Shown one piece after another: positions 54,788-64,000 of a DNA stretch of 64,000 nt; the stretch's first letter is position 1, and every line of letters starts with the position of its first letter. The position numbers and the translations under genes were made by a program. This stretch comes from Chlorobiota bacterium. Its GTDB lineage: Bacteria > Bacteroidota > Bacteroidia > Bacteroidales > F082. The notes below the pieces were generated by a model. The model saw nothing but the letters and a program-made list of their open reading frames with translations. It searched no databases and was not told the DNA's origin. Location of the stretch: assembly GCA_030618545.1 (NCBI GenBank), contig JAUXDH010000001.1:3247-67246 (forward strand), in the 5' to 3' direction.

Positions 54788-55375
54788 TCAAACTCCTCCG
54801 TCCACAACTTCATATTCAACACAGACAACAGAAAAGAAAGAGATGTATTCTTTGCCTGAATCTTTGATCATCTCCCTATACTCGTTGATTTGATCAAATT
54901 CCCCGCTTTGATCCTCATCATGGTCTCCGTCACCTTCTCCACCACCTTCTCCCATGTGAACTTGTTCACCTGCTTTACTTTCTTTGTCAGCTTTCAATTC
55001 TTCTTCCCACTCGCGAAGATATTCCTCGTCTATTCTCAATTCATCAACTACACCGAGAACCTGTACGTTTTCGCCTTCTAGTTCGGTGTTGAAAGCAGCC
55101 ATATTTTCTCCGGTTGTGATTTTGATCCGTGCTTCAGAATCCTGGTTGACCATGAACATTTTCTGTCCGCCATGTTTACAAACATGATCAATGGTTCCAT
55201 TCAAGGCTATCTGTTTACCGACAAGTTCACCTGCTTTATCTGCAAAATCATTGAGCTGAACATCTATTCTTTCTTCCACCACATTTACTTCTGCTGATGC
55301 ATCATTATTGGTGGTTTTCGTCTGGCAGGATGCCAGGATTGCAATTGTAATTATTGCGTAAAAGATATTTTTCAT
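54788..55375 (-). CDS. Lipoprotein with an acidic/His-rich segment (possible metal binding)
   Basis: 195 aa. Lipobox ILASC. Contains HVCKHGG and HMGEGGGEGDGDHDEDQSGE. No family recognised. Confidence 0.6.
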   Translation of the reverse strand: MKNIFYAIITIAILASCQTKTTNNDASAEVNVVEERIDVQLNDFADKAGELVGKQIALNGTIDHVCKHGGQKMFMVNQDSEARIKITTGENMAAFNTELEGENVQVLGVVDELRIDEEYLREWEEELKADKESKAGEQVHMGEGGGEGDGDHDEDQSGEFDQINEYREMIKDSGKEYISFFSVVCVEYEVVDGGV

Positions 55376-55409
55376 AATAATGTTTATTTAGGGATGACGA
55401 ATATATTAA

Positions 55410-56963
55410 TTAATCGTTGTCGTCAACAATTATTCCATCATATTTTACTTCTTTTCCATTTACATAGGAAATAGCTATCAACGGGAAACCATTGGAATCA
55501 TACTTTCTCCATTCTCCGTTTTTTCTGCCCATTACATATTTACCTTCCTTCTTTATTTTGCCATTATCCCAGTACCAGGAGTGTTTTCCATTTGGTAAAT
55601 CATCAATATATTTACCCTCATAATTGACGGTTCCTTCAGCAAAATAGGAGGTCCAGAGACCGTTGCGCAAGCCTTCGATGTACTCTCCCTCGTCACGATT
55701 GTCACCTGCCTGGTAAAACCATTTACCCTCTCTTTTTCCTTCAATGTAATCACCCTGTGTTACCACATCGCCTTCCAGGTCGTATTCGGTCATCAATCCA
55801 TCTGATTTTCCCTCGAAGAAAAACTCCTCCCGCAGCAGATTTCCATTGGAAAAAAACCATCTCCAGCTACTGTCGGGCATTCCATCCAAATAAGCTCCTA
55901 CCTGCTCCAATTGTCCCGATTTATAGTAGAACTTCCATAGTCCTTCTTTTCTGTCTTTTATGTACGGTCCGGTTGCTTTGAGCTTGCCGTCAGGAAAGAA
56001 TTCTTTCCAGTTTCCTTCTTTCTCACCGGCATCGGTAAACACACCCTCGCCTATGATCCTTCCTTTGCGAAAAATGAACGCTTTTTCCACTTTTCCCTCT
56101 TCATTGTATTCACGCCTCACGCCTTCCGGTAAACCATCTTTATTATAAGTTCCTACCACTTTTACTTTTCCATTGGGGTAATAATCGGTGCGCACATCAA
56201 GCTTCATAAGTTCCTCTGCCATTTCCTGTATTTCGCCATCAATGTATTTTGTGGCTACCAGCAGATTCCCTTCATGATCATATTCTTTGAAGTAACCGTT
56301 CTTCAATCCGTGCCTGAATGCACCTTCCATCCTTAATACTTCATCTTCATCAAAAAACCATTTCCATTTTCCATGGGGTAAGGAATCCGCATCATAACGG
56401 TTGATTCGCTCCCGCTCAACAACGTATCCTTTTTTATAGGTGATCAATTGTACGGTGGTTCCTTTCAGGTCATACTCGCGGGCCAAACCTTCTTCCAAAC
56501 CATTGATAAAGGGTATTTTCAGTTTTACACTGCCATTTGGAAAAAGAACAAAAGAGTGGCCTTCTTTGGTGTCGTTTACAAAATTTTCTTTTGTTACTTC
56601 TTCTCCCTGATAGGTAACCCTGAAACCGTTTTTCTTTCCTTCAGTGTAGTTTATCTCAAGGATGATTTTACCCTCATCATTATAAAACTTCCACAAACTG
56701 TCGAGTAGAAAATTCTTTCGGTTTCCCTCCGATTTCAACAGACCATTGACATGGTAGTTTTTCCAATACCCATCGGGCTTGCCATTGAGCATACTCCCCT
56801 CACTGGCAAGGGTACCATCCTCAAAATAGAATTTGTTGTACCCATTGGGATTAATGGCGGAGGTGTCCTGAGCTGATAGACCGAACAACATGAGCATCAA
56901 GAATGATAGTAAAAGTGCTAACCGCTTCAAACCATATTTCATGTAACAACCGGTCATTTTCAT
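55410..56963 (-). CDS. MORN-variant (YwqK-like) repeat protein, secreted
   Basis: 517 aa. Many repeats of the G.(P/K)(D/E)G.W..(Y/F)...G form. The more likely start is MKYGLKRLALLL at 56942, which gives a signal peptide. Confidence 0.8.
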   Translation of the reverse strand: MKMTGCYMKYGLKRLALLLSFLMLMLFGLSAQDTSAINPNGYNKFYFEDGTLASEGSMLNGKPDGYWKNYHVNGLLKSEGNRKNFLLDSLWKFYNDEGKIILEINYTEGKKNGFRVTYQGEEVTKENFVNDTKEGHSFVLFPNGSVKLKIPFINGLEEGLAREYDLKGTTVQLITYKKGYVVERERINRYDADSLPHGKWKWFFDEDEVLRMEGAFRHGLKNGYFKEYDHEGNLLVATKYIDGEIQEMAEELMKLDVRTDYYPNGKVKVVGTYNKDGLPEGVRREYNEEGKVEKAFIFRKGRIIGEGVFTDAGEKEGNWKEFFPDGKLKATGPYIKDRKEGLWKFYYKSGQLEQVGAYLDGMPDSSWRWFFSNGNLLREEFFFEGKSDGLMTEYDLEGDVVTQGDYIEGKREGKWFYQAGDNRDEGEYIEGLRNGLWTSYFAEGTVNYEGKYIDDLPNGKHSWYWDNGKIKKEGKYVMGRKNGEWRKYDSNGFPLIAISYVNGKEVKYDGIIVDDND

Positions 56964-57898
56964 TAAATCAGTTTTTTCTTTCTGGAGATTTCCAACATTC
57001 GTTCAATGGGCCGTTTACCTTTCCTGATCGTTTCTGCATCCAGTTCAATTGCCGGCTCACCATTTTTCATTGCAAGGTAAAGTTTTTTCATTGTATTCAG
57101 TTTCATGTAAGGACAATCATTGCATGAACATGTTTCATCGGAAGGGACGACAAGAAACTCCTTTTCAGGGGAAGCCAGTTTCATCTGGTGGATGATACCT
57201 GTTTCAGTTGCCACGATATATTTCTGGCTATCATCCGACTGCGTAAACTTCAGCATATTTGTTGTTGATCCTATATAATCGGCAAGTTCAAGTACAGGCG
57301 CATTACATTCAGGATGTGCTATGAGGCTTGCATCCGGATTTTCAGTCTTTAAATCGAGTATCGATTCTGTGGTTAAGATATCGTGTACTTCACAGGTTCC
57401 GTCCCACAGTACCATATTTCTGCCGGTAATTCTGTTGATGTAGCCACCAAGGTTTTTGTCCGGCGCAAAAATTATTTTCTGATCTTTTGGAAATGATTCT
57501 ACAATTTCAACCGCGTTTCCTGAAGTACAAACCACATCTGTCACTGTTTTAATTGCTGCAGTAGTATTGATATAGGAAATGACAATATGGTCAGGGTATT
57601 TTGCTTTGAATGCTGCAAACTTATCTAAAGGACAGGATTCAGCAAGTGAGCATCCCGCTTCAATATCCGGCAATACAACCAGCGACTCAGGATTCAGCAT
57701 TTTTGCCGTTTCTGCCATAAAATGGACACCGGCAAAAACGATCATATCTACATCGGCATCTGCGGCTTTTTGCGCCAGGCCAAGACTGTCACCAACATAA
57801 TCGGCAATGTCCTGGATTTCCGGAATCTGATAAAAGTGTGCCAGAATCAAAGCGTTTTTTTCTTTTTTTAGTTTTATTATTTTTTTCGCGTAATCCAT
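56963..57898 (-). CDS. nadA: Quinolinate synthase
   Basis: 311 aa. ILAHFYQ.PEIQDIADYVGDSL plus conserved Cys residues for the 4Fe-4S cluster. Confidence 0.93.
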   Translation of the reverse strand: MDYAKKIIKLKKEKNALILAHFYQIPEIQDIADYVGDSLGLAQKAADADVDMIVFAGVHFMAETAKMLNPESLVVLPDIEAGCSLAESCPLDKFAAFKAKYPDHIVISYINTTAAIKTVTDVVCTSGNAVEIVESFPKDQKIIFAPDKNLGGYINRITGRNMVLWDGTCEVHDILTTESILDLKTENPDASLIAHPECNAPVLELADYIGSTTNMLKFTQSDDSQKYIVATETGIIHQMKLASPEKEFLVVPSDETCSCNDCPYMKLNTMKKLYLAMKNGEPAIELDAETIRKGKRPIERMLEISRKKKLI

Positions 57899-58401
57899 TT
57901 TAATCTATCAACAATTATATTACTATATATTTTTATTTAATAGAATAAGTAGTTAATAATATTATCCTGTTAGCTTATTTGAATAAATTACCGTCAATTA
58001 TTTTGATTTCTCATTCAAGCTGCTTTATCAACATCTTTTAGACATTTTACCACCGCTTATACCCTTGGTTTTTAAGAGACAAAAAACTTAATGAACAAGT
58101 TGTTAATATGAATGCTGTTTGATAAATTATACTGTCTCTTTGCTAATTCAATTGTTCATTTCTGAGTAAAACTTTTTATAATCTTTCCTAAAAAAAACGT
58201 AACCCTGTCATGCCAAAAAAATGATGTTAATAACAGATGATTTATCATATTTAATTCAACAAAATTAACCAGATATTAACAACCACCCGGTTATTAAAAT
58301 TAAAATTTTGATAGCTAAAGGTTTACACAAAATGCCTGCCATTTTCGAAATATTAAACACTTTCATAATCAGTTGATTCGACATGAGCATACAAATTTCA
58401 G

Positions 58402-58409
58402 TACATTTG
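58402..58409 (+). promoter_or_regulatory. -7 box candidate (TACATTTG) for rpiB
   Basis: Exact TAnnTTTG match 20 nt before the ATG at 58429. This implies a very short leader. Confidence 0.3.
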
Positions 58410-58428
58410 CGAATCAATTTTATTCACA

Positions 58429-58878
58429 ATGGATAAGGGTGGCAAAGTTTTGGTAATAGGATCGGATCATGGTGGTTTTGAAATGAAACAATTCATAATT
58501 GAAAAACTGATAAAAGCAGGTTATGAGGTGAAAGATTTTGGAACCGATTCGATAGAAAGTGTCGACTATCCGGATGTCATTCATCCACTGGCAAGTTCAA
58601 TAAATAAGGGTGCCTACCAGAGAGGAATAATCATTTGCGGAAGTGGGAACGGGGCACAGATTACTGCAAACAAATATCCGAAAGTGAGGGCAGGATTAGC
58701 CTGGAATAAAGAACAGGCTAAACTGTCACGTGAACACAACGATGCAAACATCTTATCACTACCGGGCAGGTTTGTGGAACTGGATGATGCATGGGAGATT
58801 GCTCAAACTTTTCTGAATACTCCCTTTGAAGGAGGTCGTCATCAGCGCCGCGTGAATAAGATTCCAAATATCATCTAA
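58429..58878 (+). CDS. rpiB: Ribose-5-phosphate isomerase B (RpiB/LacAB family)
   Basis: 149 aa. Motifs IGSDHGGFEMK, ICGSGNG and GGRHQRRV. Confidence 0.92.
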   Translation: MDKGGKVLVIGSDHGGFEMKQFIIEKLIKAGYEVKDFGTDSIESVDYPDVIHPLASSINKGAYQRGIIICGSGNGAQITANKYPKVRAGLAWNKEQAKLSREHNDANILSLPGRFVELDDAWEIAQTFLNTPFEGGRHQRRVNKIPNII

Positions 58879-58890
58879 TAAAACCAAAAA

Positions 58891-60279
58891 GTGAAAGCAT
58901 CCACTGCGCAAAAGTTATTCAATAAAAGAGCAGAAAAAGTAGCTTTTGATACTGCGCATCGTTCAAAAATAAATTTCAATATTTCCAGGTATGATCAGGC
59001 TGTTAAAGCTGGAAAATCCATTTTCAGAAACCTTGATCTTGCCAGAAACCGGGCAGCATTCACCAGGTACAAAGTCATCAACGAGCTTGACAGACATCTG
59101 ATAGAGTTCGAGGATAATTTTATTAAAAATGGTGGAAAGGTCATCTGGGCAAAAGATGCTGATGAGGCTTTACGGGAAATATCTGAGATTTTAAAAAGGC
59201 ATGTTCTCAGGTCAGCGGTAAAGTCAAAATCGATGATTACCGAAGAAATCGAACTCAATGATTTTCTTGAAAAATCGGGAGTGGAAACTGTTGAAACAGA
59301 TCTCGGTGAGTTCATCGTTCAACTGGCAGGAGAAAAACCTTACCACATTGTTACGCCGGCCATGCACAAATCCAAAGAGGATGTGGCCGAATTGTATCAT
59401 GAAAAGTTTAACACTGACATAAACCTTACACCTGAAGAGTTGACCGTCTTTACGCGTCAATTGTTGAGGGAAAAGTTTTGTAATGCTGATGTGGGAATCA
59501 CCGGCGCCAACTTCCTGATTGCGGATATTGGAGGAATAGCCCTGACTGAAAACGAAGGTAATGCTTTACTTTCCATGTCTTTCCCAAAAGTCCATATCGC
59601 CATTGCAGGTATAGAAAAGATTCTTCCCAGGATGGAAGATTTGGATTTGTTCTGGCCGTTGCTTGCCACCTCGGGTACCGGTCAACCGGTGACAGTTTAC
59701 AATTCCATTATCACCGGCCCACGAAAAAACGGAGAGAAAGACGGGCCTGAAGAAATGTACATGGTTTTAATTGATAACGGCCGCAGTAAGTTGCTTGCTG
59801 AAGAAAGACAACGTCAGGCTTTATCATGCATCAGATGCGGCGCCTGTCTGAATGCCTGTCCGGTGTATAAAAACATTGGAGGGCACGCTTATAAAACAAC
59901 TTATTCGGGTCCGATAGGGGCTGTTATCACGCCCCATATGAAAGATTTCAGCAGTTATAAGCACCTGAGTTTTGCTTCATCGCTTTGCGGAAAATGCACC
60001 ACCGTTTGTCCTGTGAAGATTCCTTTGCATGAGTTGTTACTGGTGAACAGGGATTTGGCAATAAAAGGCCGACATTATACCCTGATGGAAAAACAAAGTA
60101 TGAAACTTTCAACCAAAGGAATGAAGTCTAGAAAAATGATGAACATGGTCAGTGGCAAAACCAAGAATGTTCTGGCTAAAACCTTTCTCAGTAAAAGCTG
60201 GGGCCCACACAGGGATTTGCCTCGTTTTGCTAACAAGTCGTTCAACGAGCAATGGAAAAAAATGAAAGGTGAGGACTAA
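58891..60279 (+). CDS. lutB: LutB/LldF-type iron-sulfur lactate-utilisation protein
   Basis: 462 aa with a GTG start. LUD-type domain plus the ferredoxin motifs CIRCGACLNACPVY and CGKCTTVCPV. Confidence 0.85.
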   Translation: MKASTAQKLFNKRAEKVAFDTAHRSKINFNISRYDQAVKAGKSIFRNLDLARNRAAFTRYKVINELDRHLIEFEDNFIKNGGKVIWAKDADEALREISEILKRHVLRSAVKSKSMITEEIELNDFLEKSGVETVETDLGEFIVQLAGEKPYHIVTPAMHKSKEDVAELYHEKFNTDINLTPEELTVFTRQLLREKFCNADVGITGANFLIADIGGIALTENEGNALLSMSFPKVHIAIAGIEKILPRMEDLDLFWPLLATSGTGQPVTVYNSIITGPRKNGEKDGPEEMYMVLIDNGRSKLLAEERQRQALSCIRCGACLNACPVYKNIGGHAYKTTYSGPIGAVITPHMKDFSSYKHLSFASSLCGKCTTVCPVKIPLHELLLVNRDLAIKGRHYTLMEKQSMKLSTKGMKSRKMMNMVSGKTKNVLAKTFLSKSWGPHRDLPRFANKSFNEQWKKMKGED

Positions 60280-61385
60280 TTCAGAAGTTCTGCCAGTTTA
60301 TTTTGCAGCTCTTCTCCCCTGAGGTTTTTTGCGATGATGATACCGTCCGGATCGAGTAGAATGCTGTGAGGAATCGACTGAACACCATAAAGTTTACCGG
60401 CCTCGCTACTCCAGAACTTAAGGTCGGATACATGGCTCCAGCTAAGGTTATCATCAGTGATGGCCTGCACCCAGTCTCCATGGTTCTTATCGAAAGAAAT
60501 ACCAAAAATGTCAAAACCTTTGTCGTGAAAATTATTGTAGGCAAGAACGATGTTTGGATTTTCCCTTCTGCAAGGCTGACACCAGGATGCCCAGAAATCA
60601 ACAAGTATGTAGTTTGTGCCTGTAACGGACGCGAGTGAAACAGGATTCCCTTCAGGATCATTCAAGGTGAAATCAACAAATGGCTGCCCTATCGCAACTC
60701 TTTTTAAAACAGCGACTTTTTCGGAAACACTTTTCGTATATACCGAATTTTCTATAACAGGATCCAGTGCAGTCATAACATCCTCCATATCCTGCACTTC
60801 AAACATGTATGAATTATTCACGATGACGTAAGGCGCCACGACGCTTGTGTTGTTAGAAATGGCAAAGTTTTTAATGTGTGCTGCTTTGCGTTTGTCAATA
60901 TCCATGAACTCTTCGGTAATTTGTTCAGCAAGTACCTTGTCCTTATCTGCACTGGCAGCACGGTATTGCTGACTAAGTTCGGCGTAGAGCGCATCAATAT
61001 CGACTAATGATTCATTGAATTCAATATATTTTCTGTGGCTCGCTGATCCCGTAACTTCGGGATTCCTGATTTTATCATATTCAGCAAGTATGGTCATGTT
61101 TCCATTTTCTACGAATACAGGCATAAAAGATCTGGTTCCTTTTAAAGCGATATAGAACATTTCCGGCATCTCCACTTCACCATGCAAGATTGCTTTTCCA
61201 CCAACCATTTCCGCAGAGTCAAATTTTACCCAATCCCCATCGGTATACTGCTGGAGTATAAGCCAGGTATCATCAGTGCCATTTATTGTTATGTCCAGGT
61301 TGAAACCTTTTTGAGGCGCCTGATCACATGAAACGACAAGGGCTAACAAAGCGATCAGGTAAAGTGAGAATGATATTTTTTTCAT
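60276..61385 (-). CDS. TlpA-family thiol:disulfide oxidoreductase lipoprotein (DUF4369 N-domain + thioredoxin fold)
   Basis: 369 aa. Lipobox VVSC. Thioredoxin motif FWASWCQPC. Confidence 0.88.
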   Translation of the reverse strand: MKKISFSLYLIALLALVVSCDQAPQKGFNLDITINGTDDTWLILQQYTDGDWVKFDSAEMVGGKAILHGEVEMPEMFYIALKGTRSFMPVFVENGNMTILAEYDKIRNPEVTGSASHRKYIEFNESLVDIDALYAELSQQYRAASADKDKVLAEQITEEFMDIDKRKAAHIKNFAISNNTSVVAPYVIVNNSYMFEVQDMEDVMTALDPVIENSVYTKSVSEKVAVLKRVAIGQPFVDFTLNDPEGNPVSLASVTGTNYILVDFWASWCQPCRRENPNIVLAYNNFHDKGFDIFGISFDKNHGDWVQAITDDNLSWSHVSDLKFWSSEAGKLYGVQSIPHSILLDPDGIIIAKNLRGEELQNKLAELLN

Positions 61386-61574
61386 GATTAAATTAATATT
61401 TGAGCCTGCAAAGCTAAAAATACCGGGGAAATTGGTTTAATAAGTGCGCTAGAGTATTTAGAGTGCTTTGGAATAATTTTTACTATTTCAGTTATTAAAA
61501 TTAACACCCACTATAATGTCCATGAAAAGTACTTTTAACTTTAGGCATTTTAGGCACTCCAGGCACTTTATTCA

Positions 61575-62087
61575 CTATTTACTTTTCCTGGTAAAAAGCA
61601 GCACAATGATCATAATCACCAAAGTAGATACAAGTGTGCTGAAAATGATCCGGTAAAGGGTGTCAGGAAAGTTTGAAAAGCTGAAAATTTCGAGAAAGAA
61701 TAGAAAGGCATGGTGTACAAAGACCAACACCAGCGCATACCTGAAAAACCCACCTACCCCGATAATGGGCAACCCCGGTTCATCATCACCGGTGAATTCG
61801 ATGTTACTGAAAAACAGATTGATCACCCGGGGCCGCAGGAATGCCAAAAGCACTGTAGCGGCAGCATGCAACCCCAGGGTATTTCCAAAAAGATCAATTG
61901 TAAGACCGGTAAAAAAAGCCAGGATCAACAATCCGCTCCTGTTGATGTTTACAGGAAGCAGCAGAATGAATAAAAGATAAGCATACGGATTGATGTACCC
62001 GCTCAGGTTCATCTTATTTAATAAGAACACCTGCACAAGTATGAGCAATACAAAACGGATAATATTTTTCAATAAAAGGTTATTCAT
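61575..62087 (-). CDS. mreD: Rod shape-determining protein MreD
   Basis: 170 aa polytopic membrane protein. It overlaps the end of mreC by 8 nt, in the canonical mreBCD order. Confidence 0.85.
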   Translation of the reverse strand: MNNLLLKNIIRFVLLILVQVFLLNKMNLSGYINPYAYLLFILLLPVNINRSGLLILAFFTGLTIDLFGNTLGLHAAATVLLAFLRPRVINLFFSNIEFTGDDEPGLPIIGVGGFFRYALVLVFVHHAFLFFLEIFSFSNFPDTLYRIIFSTLVSTLVIMIIVLLFTRKSK

Positions 62088-62895
62088 CCGTTTGGTTGTT
62101 AATCAGCTTGTCCTGTTCTTCTTTCATCATGTTTGCGATAACGTAGACAAAACGGAGGCTGTTGAAATCTGTAGCGAATTGTATGGATGCAGTGCCCAGG
62201 TCTTTGTTCTGACTGATTTTCTGTTCCATTATGGTACCTATTAAAATCTCTTCTGGGAAGATCAGCGAATTGCCGCTTGTGATGATTGTATCTCCTCTGC
62301 TAAGTATTACATGAGAAGGAATATCAGTTACTTCCCCAAGCAAATTGTTTTTTCCATCCCAAATCACATTGACGAGCTGCCCGTTCTTTTTAATTCTCGC
62401 GCTGATTCTGCTATTCTGATGAAGCATCGACATCACATAGGCATAGTGTTCCGATACTCCGGTTACAATTCCTGTGAGACCTTTTGCCGAGACAACCCCC
62501 ATTTCCTTTTGAATCCCGTGACGGCTTCCTTTGTTTATCAGGATGAAGTTGCTTTGTTTGTTCACACTGTTGCTCACCACCCTGGCAGGAATATACCTGT
62601 ACAAACTGTCTCGATAAACAACATTTGTATCGGTAAACAAAAATGATGAAACCTGCTGGTGCCTGAGTATGCTGTTCTCCTCGATCAGTTCCTTGTTGAC
62701 TTTCCTGAGTGAAAAGTAATCGGCAACATCGCTGTATACCTCAAGCACTGCTCCGGTGAAATCGTTGGTGCTGTTAACCGCAAGAGACCTGTGATAAGAA
62801 TAACTGTTGACCACTAAAAGCAATGAGATGACCTCCAGAATGACGAACAGTACAAAAAACTGGTATTTCCATAAAAGGGCGAACAGGCTTCGCAT
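62080..62895 (-). CDS. mreC: Rod shape-determining protein MreC
   Basis: 271 aa. N-terminal TM, coiled-coil region and beta-barrel domains (GMGVVSAKGLTGIV). Confidence 0.88.
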   Translation of the reverse strand: MRSLFALLWKYQFFVLFVILEVISLLLVVNSYSYHRSLAVNSTNDFTGAVLEVYSDVADYFSLRKVNKELIEENSILRHQQVSSFLFTDTNVVYRDSLYRYIPARVVSNSVNKQSNFILINKGSRHGIQKEMGVVSAKGLTGIVTGVSEHYAYVMSMLHQNSRISARIKKNGQLVNVIWDGKNNLLGEVTDIPSHVILSRGDTIITSGNSLIFPEEILIGTIMEQKISQNKDLGTASIQFATDFNSLRFVYVIANMMKEEQDKLINNQTDE

Positions 62896-62907
62896 GAGGG
62901 TTTTTAA

Positions 62908-62942
62908 GTTAAGAGTTAAGAGTTAGGTGTCAGGTGTTAAGA
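62908..62942. repeat. Five tandem heptamers (GTTAAGA GTTAAGA GTTAGGT GTCAGGT GTTAAGA) in the mreB-mreC spacer
   Basis: Read directly. In addition, GTTAGGTGTC (62922-62931) is complementary, with one G-U pair, to GACACTTAAC (62971-62980). Confidence 0.85.
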
Positions 62943-63011
62943 TCAGTAGGTTTAATGTGAAATCATTTCCGACACTTAACCCATAACCGTTAAACCTTAA
63001 CATACAACTCC

Positions 63012-64000
63012 CTACTTAATAAGGAATGTAAATTTATCAAAGTTTTTGAGGGCAATTCCGGTGCCTCGTGCAACAGCTCTCAACGGATCTTCAGCGACAT
63101 GCACCGAAAGCTTTGTTTTCTGATGAATACGTTTGTCGAGACCACGTAGCATGGAACCGCCACCGGCAAGGTAAATCCCTGTGCGATAGATGTCGGCCGA
63201 AAGTTCCGGGGGCGTATTTTCCAGCGCGTTCAGCACAGCAGCCTCAATCTTGGATATCGATTTGTCGAGACAACTGGCAATTTCCTTGTAATTGACTATT
63301 ATCTCTTTTGGAATACCGGTGAGCATGTCCCTTCCGTGAACTGCGTATTGATCAGGCGGATTTTCCAGTTCGGCAATGGCTGCGCCAACCTCGATTTTAA
63401 TTCGTTCAGCAGTACGTTCCCCGATATTGATGTTGTGGTGTTTCCGCATGTACTCTTCGATATCCGCATTGAAATCATCACCTGCTATTCTGATGGAGGT
63501 GTTGTTAACAATTCCACCAAGTGCAATTACCGCAATTTCACAGGTGCCGCCACCGATATCGATGATCATATTCCCGGTAGGTTCCAACACATCTATACCT
63601 ATTCCTATTGCTGCTGCCATGGGTTCGTGAATAAGCCTGATCTCTTTGGCCCCTGCCTGTTCAGCAGAATCCTTTACAGCCCGCTCTTCCACTCCGGTAA
63701 TACCTGAAGGAATGCAGATGACCATCCTCAAAGCTGGCGGAAACAAGGTGTTTTTTATTCCGATCATTTTGATCATCTCACGGATCATGTACTCCGCAGA
63801 TTCAAAGTCAGCGATTACACCATCGCGAAGGGGTCGTATGGTTTTGATGTTTTCATGTGTTTTACCATGCATCAGCATGGCCCTCTTTCCCACTGCGATG
63901 ATCTTCCCAGTGTTTCTTTCCATCGCAATGATTGAAGGCTCATCAACCACAACCTTGTCATTATAAATGATGATCGTATTTGCCGTTCCAAGGTCAACAG
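63012..64000 (-). CDS. mreB: Rod shape-determining protein MreB (N-terminus beyond the window end)
   Basis: The frame stays open upstream of the track's GTG to position 64000 (..VDLGTANTIIIYNDKVVVDEPSIIAM..). Actin-fold motifs DIGGGT and LAGGG are present. Confidence 0.95.
   Translation of the reverse strand, partial: VDLGTANTIIIYNDKVVVDEPSIIAMERNTGKIIAVGKRAMLMHGKTHENIKTIRPLRDGVIADFESAEYMIREMIKMIGIKNTLFPPALRMVICIPSGITGVEERAVKDSAEQAGAKEIRLIHEPMAAAIGIGIDVLEPTGNMIIDIGGGTCEIAVIALGGIVNNTSIRIAGDDFNADIEEYMRKHHNINIGERTAERIKIEVGAAIAELENPPDQYAVHGRDMLTGIPKEIIVNYKEIASCLDKSISKIEAAVLNALENTPPELSADIYRTGIYLAGGGSMLRGLDKRIHQKTKLSVHVAEDPLRAVARGTGIALKNFDKFTFLIK

Noticed and set aside
57899-58000. An NAD-type riboswitch or structured leader upstream of nadA
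   Set aside because: The leader is almost pure A/T and I found no conserved stems. The known nadA-motif riboswitch, as far as I recall, is not a Bacteroidota element.
1271-63966. The many 60-140-aa ORFs in the track that lie antisense or out of frame inside long genes (for example 1271-1696, 12005-12289, 31739-31972, 44320-44748, 63336-63707)
   Set aside because: Each is fully contained in a longer ORF with clear family motifs on the other strand or frame. Their translations are low-complexity or reflect mirrored codon bias.
1-64000. CRISPR arrays, IS elements, integrases, prophage or defence-system genes, rRNA/tRNA genes
   Set aside because: I scanned all intergenic regions and ORF translations. 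I found no repeat-spacer arrays, no transposase/integrase/recombinase-like translations, no nuclease-helicase modules and no tRNA-like cloverleaves.

Overview
This 64-kb window looks like chromosomal DNA from a Bacteroidota genome. Supporting markers are GldH, a T9SS C-terminal sorting domain, a UpxY/NusG-like antiterminator, an S46 peptidase and TAnnTTTG-type -7 boxes. I support about 55 protein genes. I saw no rRNA, tRNA, CRISPR array, transposase or integrase.

Layout:
- 1-20.3 kb: an almost entirely minus-strand polysaccharide locus. It holds wza, a wzc tyrosine autokinase, a Gfo/Idh/MocA oxidoreductase, upxY, and NodPQ-like cysD and cysNC split by an opposite-strand 2-hydroxyacid dehydrogenase. 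It also holds a wHTH regulator, an opposite-strand DUF115/GT42-like gene, and a tightly coupled operon of aldolase, KdsB-like, SDR, cyclase-fold, HAD and KdsB-like genes. It ends with rfbF, a UXS-like SDR, an NDP-sugar dehydrogenase, a C-methyltransferase and a DUF4910 protein.
- 20.5-29.3 kb: metallophosphoesterase, topA, an arginase-fold protein, wecB, a DUF3473 deacetylase and an internally deleted wecA-type remnant.
- 29.3-30.0 kb: a gene-free spacer with two intrinsic-terminator-like hairpins and a 19-nt periodic repeat.
- 30-36.4 kb: a 74-aa protein that resembles a sorting signal, a lamin-tail/T9SS surface protein, gldH, an outer-membrane-like protein and an EEP nuclease/phosphatase.
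- 36.7-42.9 kb: a GH3-family protein, LysE, an S46 peptidase and an HExxH peptidase.
- 43-50.2 kb: a MacAB-like exporter with one adaptor, one ATPase and four FtsX permeases arranged as a duplicated A/B pair. Each half is preceded by a copy of a conserved non-coding element.
- 50.5-64 kb: an orphan histidine kinase, a racemase gene remnant, hemW, a PepSY-TM/lipoprotein/MORN group, nadA, rpiB, lutB, a TlpA-like protein and mreBCD.

The best candidate for something undescribed is the 5.2-9.7 kb operon. It appears to make a CMP-activated 2-keto-3-deoxy sugar acid using a class II HpcH/HpaI aldolase rather than a KdsA/NeuB synthase, and it sits in a PAPS-supplying (probably sulfated) glycan locus.

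All calls rest on reading the translations and sequence by eye. No database search was run.
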